DNA from: a virus | Taxonomy: Duplodnaviria; Caudoviricetes | Virus record (IMG/VR): IMGVR_UViG_3300025392_000641 | Span: 1-28,220 of that record | Reading direction: 5' to 3' (one strand) | DNA: 28,220 nucleotides | Shown here: piece by piece, positions 11,019-17,571 of the stretch | Position numbering within the stretch: position 1 is the first letter of the stretch | Layout: every line of letters starts with the position of its first letter | Position numbers and translations under genes: made by a program | Notes under the pieces: model-generated | Databases searched by the model: none | Told to the model about the DNA's origin: nothing | Seen by the model: the letters and a program-made list of their open reading frames with translations, nothing else

Positions 11019-11021
11019 CTA

Positions 11022-12941
11022 TTACCTCAGATTTGATAGTTGGGTATTTTTGACCCATTTGGGTCGCCACGCTGTAACGGCTTTATTTTGCGGTGCGTAA
11101 AGGTTGGGTAGGTTCCATTCAAAAAACCATTCGGCCATAACGCAGTCATCGGTACGCCCGTGGGGGTACCTGGTCACTTCATCAATCAACCTCATGGAGC
11201 GAACTTTTCCTTCACCCTTACCCATCAATCTTACACGACCAAACTTCCAATGCTGTGAAATTGTCGTAACACCATAATTGGAGTCTGATTTGTTGCTATT
11301 TGTGTTATGGGGAATTACCTCAACACTTCGAAGTTGCCGCCATCTTTTAAAATGGTCGTATTGAAGTAGGAACCTTTGAGCGGCATTTTGTTCCACAATC
11401 CAAACTTGAATTGGAATGCCAAGGCTTTCGCTTAGACGTTGCCAATCTTCCATAACCCCAGTAAATTCACCGGTATTGTAGTTGTAATCCAGAAACTCAG
11501 GGGCTTCCATTTTTTGACGAATAAGGTCCATTAAAAATCGTTGGTTAGATTCTGGGTGATAAACCCAACATTGAACAGACCAATACATTGTAGGAGAAGG
11601 GTCGGCCGTAGCCACAACAATGCAATCACGAGTGTTTAAACCAGGTGGCAATTCCCAACGGTCACGGTCTTTGTCAATGCAGCCTGGGCTAGTGCCATGT
11701 CCATATACCCACTCGTTTTGGACCAATACTTCATCCAGCGCCAAATCTTCTTGTTGATAAACAACTGCAAAGCGTTCCCCTCGGTTGGACATAAGGTTAG
11801 AAATTTCTCGCCAAGGGAGACGGCGAGGGTCCAGCAAACAACCGACGGGGTAAGCATTGCCCCCCCGTTTGTGATTCTCCGGAGAACACTTATCTTCGTA
11901 GTGGGCACGGTAGAGTAGGTGTTTGTACTTCTTGTCTTTGCGAAGTAGGGCAAGTTCTTCTTCGGTAAGTTCATCTTGTTTGTCCTCTTCTTCCTCATCA
12001 AGAGGTTGTACCATGTCTAAAGCAAATCGATAAAGGTCATCAGGAGCCAAACGCTGACCAATAAGAGCAAGCATACCTGCAGGTTCAAGTCGAGTTTCTG
12101 CAACGTCTTGGTACCAGTCTTCCATTGCTTCTCGTTGTTCTGCAGAGCGCACCTTGCGAGGGTCCACAAGGTCGTCCCAGAAACAGCCATCGAAGCGTCC
12201 TCCGATGAAACCACTATCCATACCGTAGGCACTAAGTGTTGGCTCCTTTTCTGAAATAGAACCCTGGTCTTCTGGTTGCATAACAATAAACGCTTGATTG
12301 GTCCATTGTTCTTTTTCCAAAGGTTTAAATCTACCAAAGTCTAAAGCAAGTGTTGATTCGGCATCAAGTGCTTGTCCACGTGATTTTAACATGTCATCGG
12401 CAGTTTCAGGTATAACACGTTCTAGTGAACGCTTAACTCGACGTAAGTTGTTTTGTGCAAGGCTCATAGTCGCACTACCAGTCAAAAGACGAATACCACG
12501 GTTACGGCAAATAGCCCAACACGTAATGTCATGCAACAGCGTTGTCTTACCCGAACCAGGTGGCATGTTCATAACCACGTATTCTTTGTCAGGCGATTCT
12601 AGTAACGCAACAAGTGCTTTACCTGCTTCTTCTTGCCATGGGGTAGAGATGCGACCAAAATAACGCATACGAAAATAACCAAAATCTTCTAATGCAGTTT
12701 TTGCTTCTTCACATAAATTGTCGTAATCTTTAGGGCCGCTAAGTTTTGCTTCTTTTTTTAATTCACGGTAATTAGTCGCTGAAGAATCAATGCCTTCACT
12801 AACTCGTAAATTTTGTGCAGCCTTTTCAACTCTATAAGCAGTGGCTTCTGAAAATTTAGATTTACGAGCGCTTTCAGCAATGGAAAATCCCGCTGCTCGT
12901 GCTTCAAAATATTTTTTACGTTGTACTGGTGTTACAGCCAT
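11022..12941 (-). CDS. terL: Terminase large subunit with N-terminal HTH-like extension, 639 aa
   Basis: Walker A MPPGSGKTT, Walker B CFWDDLVD, nuclease acidic motifs ATADPS, IVEQN, TDDCVMA. Confidence 0.93.
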   Translation of the reverse strand: MAVTPVQRKKYFEARAAGFSIAESARKSKFSEATAYRVEKAAQNLRVSEGIDSSATNYRELKKEAKLSGPKDYDNLCEEAKTALEDFGYFRMRYFGRISTPWQEEAGKALVALLESPDKEYVVMNMPPGSGKTTLLHDITCWAICRNRGIRLLTGSATMSLAQNNLRRVKRSLERVIPETADDMLKSRGQALDAESTLALDFGRFKPLEKEQWTNQAFIVMQPEDQGSISEKEPTLSAYGMDSGFIGGRFDGCFWDDLVDPRKVRSAEQREAMEDWYQDVAETRLEPAGMLALIGQRLAPDDLYRFALDMVQPLDEEEEDKQDELTEEELALLRKDKKYKHLLYRAHYEDKCSPENHKRGGNAYPVGCLLDPRRLPWREISNLMSNRGERFAVVYQQEDLALDEVLVQNEWVYGHGTSPGCIDKDRDRWELPPGLNTRDCIVVATADPSPTMYWSVQCWVYHPESNQRFLMDLIRQKMEAPEFLDYNYNTGEFTGVMEDWQRLSESLGIPIQVWIVEQNAAQRFLLQYDHFKRWRQLRSVEVIPHNTNSNKSDSNYGVTTISQHWKFGRVRLMGKGEGKVRSMRLIDEVTRYPHGRTDDCVMAEWFFEWNLPNLYAPQNKAVTAWRPKWVKNTQLSNLR

Positions 12942-13190
12942 CTAGCGATACAATGCGTCGTGCAATAGTCCTCTAATACGATAACCATTGGCGTTTGTGT
13001 CTCCAAGAGTAAAGAATCCACCGAGGTCATCCTTGAGGTCCTTTACGGCTACCACAAGGATGTAATCCTCGATGATGGGCATAACCCATTCTTGTTCGTC
13101 TAACAATTCAGCGTTGATGCCGTTGAGGAACTTAGGAAGGTTGGCTTCCAACCATTCTTTTAAAGAAACCTCTAAAGCATCTCCGTGCAT
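12942..13190 (-). CDS. Hypothetical protein, 82 aa
   Basis: Abuts the terL start; TAATG overlap with the upstream gene. Confidence 0.75.
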   Translation of the reverse strand: MHGDALEVSLKEWLEANLPKFLNGINAELLDEQEWVMPIIEDYILVVAVKDLKDDLGGFFTLGDTNANGYRIRGLLHDALYR

Positions 13191-13462
13191 TAAGCAGGTG
13201 TTGCTGGTGTTACAGGTGCAGTATCGGTTTTAACGTTAGTTGCTACCTGCGTTGCTAGGTGAGTTGCTAAAGCAATGTTGCTTTGTAATGTTGATTTCTT
13301 TACAAAGTGCAAAGCCTCTGTAAGAGTTGAAGCCAACAAACATAGTGATGCAATAAGACCCTCTACTCCGACAGGAATCTTAAAGCCTGGATGTACTACG
13401 GACAACACGGCGCCTGCTCCAGTAAGGATGGCGGTGATGTGGGGTGCAATGTATTTATTCAT
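13190..13462 (-). CDS. Small membrane protein (holin-like topology), 90 aa, probably leaderless
   Basis: Two hydrophobic segments; TGcTATGCT lies 6 nt before the ATG. Confidence 0.7.
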   Translation of the reverse strand: MNKYIAPHITAILTGAGAVLSVVHPGFKIPVGVEGLIASLCLLASTLTEALHFVKKSTLQSNIALATHLATQVATNVKTDTAPVTPATPA

Positions 13463-13468
13463 ACTAAA

Positions 13469-13477
13469 AGCATAGCA
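13469..13477 (-). promoter_or_regulatory. Extended -10 promoter for a leaderless transcript (TGcTATGCT-N6-ATG)
   Basis: 6-nt spacing to the ATG at 13462; no SD. Confidence 0.7.
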
Positions 13478-13478
13478 T

Positions 13479-13548
13479 GAGAAATCCCCCCAGTTATGTA
13501 CTAGGGGGATTCTCGGAAGGAGGGTTGAAATCAGTGGGGTTGAGCCAC
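13479..13548 (-). ncRNA. Candidate small RNA B (~70 nt) with anti-SD segment
   Basis: Own promoter (13555-13586), 5' hairpin GUGG/CCAC, single-stranded AACCCUCCUUCC, long 3' hairpin 13479-13514. Confidence 0.45.
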
Positions 13549-13554
13549 ATAAAT

Positions 13555-13586
13555 ACTATAGCACAAATATTTGGCGGAGGTGTCAA
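13555..13586 (-). promoter_or_regulatory. Promoter TGcTATAGT with TTGACA 20 bp upstream
   Basis: Extended -10 at 13555-13563; TTGACA at 13581-13586 (spacer longer than canonical). Confidence 0.6.
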
Positions 13587-13626
13587 AAAAATTTTTAAAA
13601 TTGAGCACCAAGGTGCAAAGCCTGCA

Positions 13627-13770
13627 CTACGACTGGGACTGGACCCATTCTTCGAAGGGCTGGCCGTTAACAGTTAGTTTGATACCACGGCGTCGGCGAG
13701 TAACCCTGCGTCTGTACTTGGGATTAAAAAGCCAAGTAGAGAGGTCTGTACTATCCCGCCGGATTTTCAT
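13627..13770 (-). CDS. Small Arg-rich protein, 47 aa (MKIRRDSTDLSTWLFNPKYRRRVTRRRRGIKLTVNGQPFEEWVQSQS)
   Basis: Hand-translated; TAATG overlap with the upstream 44-aa ORF. Confidence 0.65.
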   Translation of the reverse strand: MKIRRDSTDLSTWLFNPKYRRRVTRRRRGIKLTVNGQPFEEWVQSQS

Positions 13771-13904
13771 TACTTTTTTTTACGGACCTTGGACTTAATG
13801 GCTTCGAACTTGACCTTGGGGTTGGCGTACTTACGATTAGCCGTTTGTATGTCTTTTGACTCGTGCTTGTTAAATGGCTGGCCGCAGCCGCAGGTAGAAC
13901 ACAT
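13770..13904 (-). CDS. Small basic protein with N-terminal CxxCGC, 44 aa (MCSTCGCGQPFNKHESKDIQTANRKYANPKVKFEAIKSKVRKKK)
   Basis: Hand-translated; leaderless promoter 6 nt upstream; coupled to the next ORF. Confidence 0.75.
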   Translation of the reverse strand: MCSTCGCGQPFNKHESKDIQTANRKYANPKVKFEAIKSKVRKKK

Positions 13905-13910
13905 GCTTCT

Positions 13911-13919
13911 ATGATAGCA
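13911..13919 (-). promoter_or_regulatory. Extended -10 promoter for a leaderless transcript (TGcTATCAT-N6-ATG)
   Basis: 6-nt spacing to the ATG at 13904. Confidence 0.7.
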
Positions 13920-13930
13920 CATATGGTATC

Positions 13931-14015
13931 AAAGTAAGAAGCCCGACCCCATATCCCTACGGTGCCGGACCTTTTACCTTTTAGTGTCGGAAGTTACTAA
14001 TGGGACAATGCCCAC
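13931..14015 (-). ncRNA. Candidate small RNA A (~85 nt)
   Basis: Near-consensus promoter upstream, 5' hairpin GUGGG/CCCAU, 3' ~14-bp hairpin with GGGA tetraloop followed by UUCUUACUUU; no ORF. Confidence 0.55.
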
Positions 14016-14020
14016 CTAGA

Positions 14021-14049
14021 ACTATACACACATGGTATACACCTGTCAA
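14021..14049 (-). promoter_or_regulatory. Sigma70/SigA promoter TTGACA-N17-TATAGT
   Basis: Perfect -35, 5/6 -10, 17-bp spacer. Confidence 0.85.
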
Positions 14050-14058
14050 GCACCTGGC

Positions 14059-14076
14059 TTGTGAAAACATTCACAT
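14059..14076. promoter_or_regulatory. Rex/CRP-family operator TTGTGAAAACATTCACAT
   Basis: Perfect TGTGA-N6-TCACA; one mismatch from the Rex consensus TTGTGAA-N4-TTCACAA; lies between divergent promoters. Confidence 0.65.
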
Positions 14077-14104
14077 ACAAGTTACGCCACAGAGGTTATT
14101 TAGG

Positions 14105-14113
14105 TGGTACTCT
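14105..14113 (+). promoter_or_regulatory. Extended -10 promoter TGgTACTCT for the large RNA candidate
   Basis: Same TGnTAnnnT motif; a 6-nt gap puts the start at 14120, the first base of the first helix. Confidence 0.5.
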
Positions 14114-14119
14114 TATAAC

Positions 14120-14520
14120 AGCGCCGATGAGAGCGTTCGTGGGTGGAAGTCCCCGCCGAGTGTTAGTCCCCGTCGTGAGATGGCAGATACTAGCGGTAGT
14201 TAACCGGTTAGAGCGGTATTCGGTCGAACACGCATATACAGCAATATCGTGTATGAATTGTCCAAGTACTTTAAACGCATCGGACTCGCCTCGTGTTCAT
14301 GACGGGATGGATTGTCCCAAGTAAGATACTTAAGTCTTTTTTACTTGGTTGGTGATGCGGGGCGAACCAGATAAAACGGTACGTAAGTGTCCTTTTAAAG
14401 GTAACTAGATACTACTCCCAAAAGATAGTGATTTTGAAAGGGGGCTGATAGGGTTTAGTTCCGGTAGTTTTCTTCTTGTCCAGAATGCTTCGCATTCCAG
14501 ACGTTCGCCTTTTTTGTTTT
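14120..14520 (+). ncRNA. Large structured non-coding RNA candidate (~400 nt), family not recognised
   Basis: About a dozen nested helices with G-U pairs valid on the + strand, GNRA tetraloops (GUGA, GUAA), T-loop-like GGGUGGAAGUCCC, 3' U-tract. Confidence 0.65.
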
Positions 14521-14837
14521 AAAATAACGAGAATGACAGTTTGGCTAGTCCGAGATAACTAACTTTTTACTAGCACCGCCCTCGGCACATACCCGGTCAG
14601 AGACCGGGCACAGTCCTTGCCTCGTGCGTTGTTATGGTCACTAGTGCAATGAAACCACACAACCCTCCGTGACCCACGACACATGAGCATGACAACTGAC
14701 ACTCTGCTCATTGCTACTGCTTTCACGCTCTTTCAACAACTATCAGCCTAAATCATAGGGGAATGAGTGAGAATAGTGAGTAAGGGAGAGAGAGGGATTG
14801 GCTTAGCCCTTACTTTGACAGTAACAAACCACTTGCA

Positions 14838-15042
14838 AACTGCAACTACAACTGCATTAAATGCCACTTCGTGCCTCTGTGCCCCATGTCATTCCGGCTG
14901 CCTAATCGGCTGCTCGGAACAACGGGCACTAACTACAACTACATAAAACGCATGGCAAAGCCATCAAACTGTTGATTCTCCTGGCTATCTTCTACTCAAT
15001 ACAGCAAGAGTGCACACCCCAACGTACTTAGGCCTTAACTAC
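14838..15042 (+). repeat. Dispersed AACTRC hexamer arrays
   Basis: 3 copies at 14838-14855, 2 at 14931-14942, 1 at 15037-15042. Confidence 0.6.
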
Positions 15043-15097
15043 GCAATAAAGGGGGAAGGGCGCCGTTTTTCCTGGGTTTTGCTCCCGCAGGCGTTGA

Positions 15098-15137
15098 CTC
15101 GTTGGGCTTCAGAGCCCGCTCGTTAGGCTTCTGAGCC
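15098..15137. repeat. 19-bp direct repeat x2 (CTCGTTRGGCTTCWGAGCC), 21-bp period
   Basis: 15098-15116 and 15119-15137; each copy contains a GGCT..AGCC palindrome. Confidence 0.7.
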
Positions 15138-15152
15138 AAGCAAACTGGGAGA

Positions 15153-15181
15153 GCGGACGGGGAGCATAGCCCCCCGCCCAC
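15153..15181 (-). terminator. GC-rich hairpin terminator of the amidoligase operon
   Basis: 13-bp stem GUGGGCGGGGGGC/GCUCCCCGUCCGC 3 nt after the stop codon; weak U-tract. Confidence 0.65.
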
Positions 15182-15184
15182 GTC

Positions 15185-15370
15185 CTACAAATCGCCATCT
15201 AGCCTACTTACAAGCCAAACAATCGACACGGTAACAATCACCCAAACAATGCACGCCCAAGGGTCACTCCTCGAGTCCCCGTACCAACTGCCGGAAACGT
15301 GAGCATGAAACCACAGCGCACACGCCCAGCCGGTCAGCAGAGCGCCTACAAAGACAATCCACGCCCTCAT
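15185..15370 (-). CDS. Small two-TM membrane protein, 61 aa
   Basis: ATGA overlap with the GATase, SD GGAGGTG, two hydrophobic helices. Confidence 0.75.
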   Translation of the reverse strand: MRAWIVFVGALLTGWACALWFHAHVSGSWYGDSRSDPWACIVWVIVTVSIVWLVSRLDGDL

Positions 15371-16161
15371 CGCTCACCTCCTACCGTCAGGCACATGCAT
15401 TCATCGTAAGCGCTCACACAGTCCAAACACCACCCGCAGAACTCACAGTTACTCTCACCATCAGCAACACGAGCGCCACAGTCAGGGTTATCACAAAGCC
15501 ACCAGCGAGCCTCAAATGAATCTTTCGGAGCTGAGTGCCTAAACATGTCGTAATCATACCCCCAAGCCGAACTGCTGGACATGTAGGACTGATTAGCGGG
15601 CTTATAGGACGAATTAGACCACCAAACTTCAGACGCCGACCAGTGACCAAGACCCTCACCAAGAATCATCAAAGGCATCTCGTCCTCGACGGTAAGAATG
15701 ACCACCTTCGACCCAGAACCCTCCACAAAGCCCTCGAGCACGTCCCAAGCGTGAGGCTTAGACAACCCTGCGACGCCACCAAACAACCCGCCAAAAACCT
15801 CACGTGCAAACGTCTCGGAATCCGTCTGGTCACCCGTCGCCTCCAGTGGGAGCATGCCATTATGAGCGATAACAGTGCCACCCGTGCCAACTGGGAAGCC
15901 GTGACAGTTCTCAAGTTTCTTCGAGCCATGTGTGGCGATTCTGGCGTGGAAAAACCAAGCCAACACTTCACCACTCACCAACGTCTCAAAAGCCGAAATT
16001 GCCGTTCCAGCATCCATTGAACGACCAGTGAGCAGACGCCTAATTCCATCCATCTCAACCACTGCACCCCAACCGAACCCATCTGGATTCGACTTACAAG
16101 CCTGCTCAAGTTCTGCTCGTGTCGGACGAGCTGAGTCAACCCCAGCGCAAATGACGCACAT
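15367..16161 (-). CDS. Class II (Ntn) glutamine amidotransferase with C-terminal Cys-rich zinc ribbon
   Basis: Cys2 nucleophile (MCVI), NPDGFG, FHARIATHG, HNG and TDSE motifs. Confidence 0.92.
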   Translation of the reverse strand: MCVICAGVDSARPTRAELEQACKSNPDGFGWGAVVEMDGIRRLLTGRSMDAGTAISAFETLVSGEVLAWFFHARIATHGSKKLENCHGFPVGTGGTVIAHNGMLPLEATGDQTDSETFAREVFGGLFGGVAGLSKPHAWDVLEGFVEGSGSKVVILTVEDEMPLMILGEGLGHWSASEVWWSNSSYKPANQSYMSSSSAWGYDYDMFRHSAPKDSFEARWWLCDNPDCGARVADGESNCEFCGWCLDCVSAYDECMCLTVGGER

Positions 16162-17141
16162 CAGCCCGCCACCAATCCAAAAGCACCACCACGAAGCAAA
16201 ACCGAAGCCTCATTGTGATCGTGTGAATCAACCCAAGCGCTAAAACGTGACCACTCCAAAGCACCACGCAAAACATCGTGAGCCGTCAGCGTCCTCGTGT
16301 ACTCACGGGCAAAGTGAACCAGCGCAATAGAACCAAGCACACGCCCAAACTGAAGCGAAGGTCTAAAAATCCTGACCTCAATAGTCTCAGCATTGCTGAA
16401 ATTCACAGCGTCAAAGTGATTAGCCGAGTAACGAACCTTTACCTTTGTCACAGTTTCGCCCTCGTTGAAATTGGCAAACGATGAAGAACGACGAGCAACA
16501 CCCTGCCAATCCTTAACGTTTCGATTAAACAACAAACCAAAACGCACCTGATGACTGGCAGTCATACCCTTGCGTGTCATGTGAACATGAAGCCCACATT
16601 GCGACATCGTCCACGCTTGCATCTGACGCTCAGCAATCTCAGCAAGCCAAGCGCCCCACTGCTCTTTCGATTCATTCCAAGAATCAAAAGTGCGGGGATG
16701 ACTAACCAACTCAAAACCCTCACTCGACAGACTGCCGTCCTCTTTCATAATCGCAACATCGCTAGGAATGTTTTCAGCAACAAAACCAACAGCCAAAGAC
16801 CTCGAACCATTCGTGTCCATTTCCAACTCGATGCCGTAACCAACAGAACCAACGCCGTGCATGCGCCAGCCCTCCTCCGGCTGATAATCATGAGCCTTCA
16901 CAGGACGTTCATCCTGAGCTGAGTCATAACAAGCCTGACAATACTTCTCAAAACCGTCACCGTCGTAAAACTCCACAGACTCAGAAAAAATAATCTCGCA
17001 ACCTTCACACTCCCAAGAAGAATAATCAACGCAACCTTCGCACCATTCAACTTCGCCATAACGAGTTTGGACAGTAACCTCAGCGCCCGGGTCGCTGTGC
17101 TCACCGCACTCATCACACACAAAACATTCCACAACTGGCAT
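16161..17141 (-). CDS. Putative amidoligase (COOH-NH2 ligase, glutamine synthetase fold) with N-terminal Cys-rich repeats, 326 aa
   Basis: GIELE, KEDGSL, GFELVSHP, CGLHVH and TIEVRIFR motifs; start revised to ATG 17141 after GGAGG. Confidence 0.9.
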   Translation of the reverse strand: MPVVECFVCDECGEHSDPGAEVTVQTRYGEVEWCEGCVDYSSWECEGCEIIFSESVEFYDGDGFEKYCQACYDSAQDERPVKAHDYQPEEGWRMHGVGSVGYGIELEMDTNGSRSLAVGFVAENIPSDVAIMKEDGSLSSEGFELVSHPRTFDSWNESKEQWGAWLAEIAERQMQAWTMSQCGLHVHMTRKGMTASHQVRFGLLFNRNVKDWQGVARRSSSFANFNEGETVTKVKVRYSANHFDAVNFSNAETIEVRIFRPSLQFGRVLGSIALVHFAREYTRTLTAHDVLRGALEWSRFSAWVDSHDHNEASVLLRGGAFGLVAG

Positions 17142-17192
17142 CTCAAAACCTCCACAATCACGGGAACACCCCAACGGTGAACCACTTCAATG

Positions 17193-17222
17193 ATTCTAAG
17201 CGCAAAACTTCACCCGTGTCAA
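17193..17222 (-). promoter_or_regulatory. Sigma70/SigA promoter TTGACA-N18-TAGAAT
   Basis: Near consensus, ~50 nt upstream of the amidoligase start. Confidence 0.8.
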
Positions 17223-17431
17223 TAGTATTCCGCTAATTTCTTAAAAATAATACAAATGCCACCAAACACGCTAAAAAGCGATTCTAAAGACTTAGCGCCA
17301 AAGTGGACCAACCACCCACAAACAACAAAAAAGTCCGCTAGCGAGCAAACACCAAAAAACACCCATTTTTACCCCCAAAGTGGGGAACCTGCCCTAAATG
17401 AGTAAAAATCACAAAATTGCATAAAAAACCA

Positions 17432-17458
17432 TTAGCACTCACACGCCGCAACTGCCAA
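17432..17458. promoter_or_regulatory. CIRCE-like HrcA operator TTAGCACTC-N9-AACTGCCAA
   Basis: Left arm perfect, exact 9-bp spacer, right arm 6/9 vs GAGTGCTAA. Confidence 0.6.
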
Positions 17459-17462
17459 CATA

Positions 17463-17477
17463 CGAACAAATGTTCGA
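17463..17477. promoter_or_regulatory. LexA (SOS) box CGAAC-AAAT-GTTCGA
   Basis: Perfect Gram-positive/actinobacterial CGAAC-N4-GTTCG palindrome. Confidence 0.75.
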
Positions 17478-17483
17478 TTTTCA

Positions 17484-17511
17484 AAAAAAAATTTTCCGGG
17501 CTAGCGCCCGG
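17484..17511 (-). terminator. Hairpin CCGGGC-GCTA-GCCCGG followed by A4 and a T run
   Basis: Perfect 6-bp GC stem with downstream U-tract on the minus strand. Confidence 0.45.
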
Positions 17512-17541
17512 CTACGCATCTCAGACAGTACCAAGCCCTCA

Positions 17542-17571
17542 AACTACAACTACAACTACAACTACAACTAC
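17542..17571 (+). repeat. Perfect tandem repeat (AACTAC)5
   Basis: Direct reading. Confidence 0.95.

Noticed and set aside
14000-14324. 67-aa and 87-aa plus-strand ORFs
   Set aside because: No RBS or motifs; overlap promoters and the structured RNA
14120-14400. Group II intron (GGGUGGAAGUCCC and GAACC...AACGGTACGTA resemble domain I and V words)
   Set aside because: No domain V pairing, no GUGYG 5' end, no interrupted gene or reverse transcriptase
14548-14575. dif-like site GTCCGAGATAA-N6-TTTTACTAGCA
   Set aside because: XerD arm too divergent
14540-14610. Group I intron R/S-like words (TAGTCC, TCAGAGAC)
   Set aside because: Wrong order and no host gene
14980-15000. HspR HAIR operator
   Set aside because: Only one arm matches; left arm 4/7
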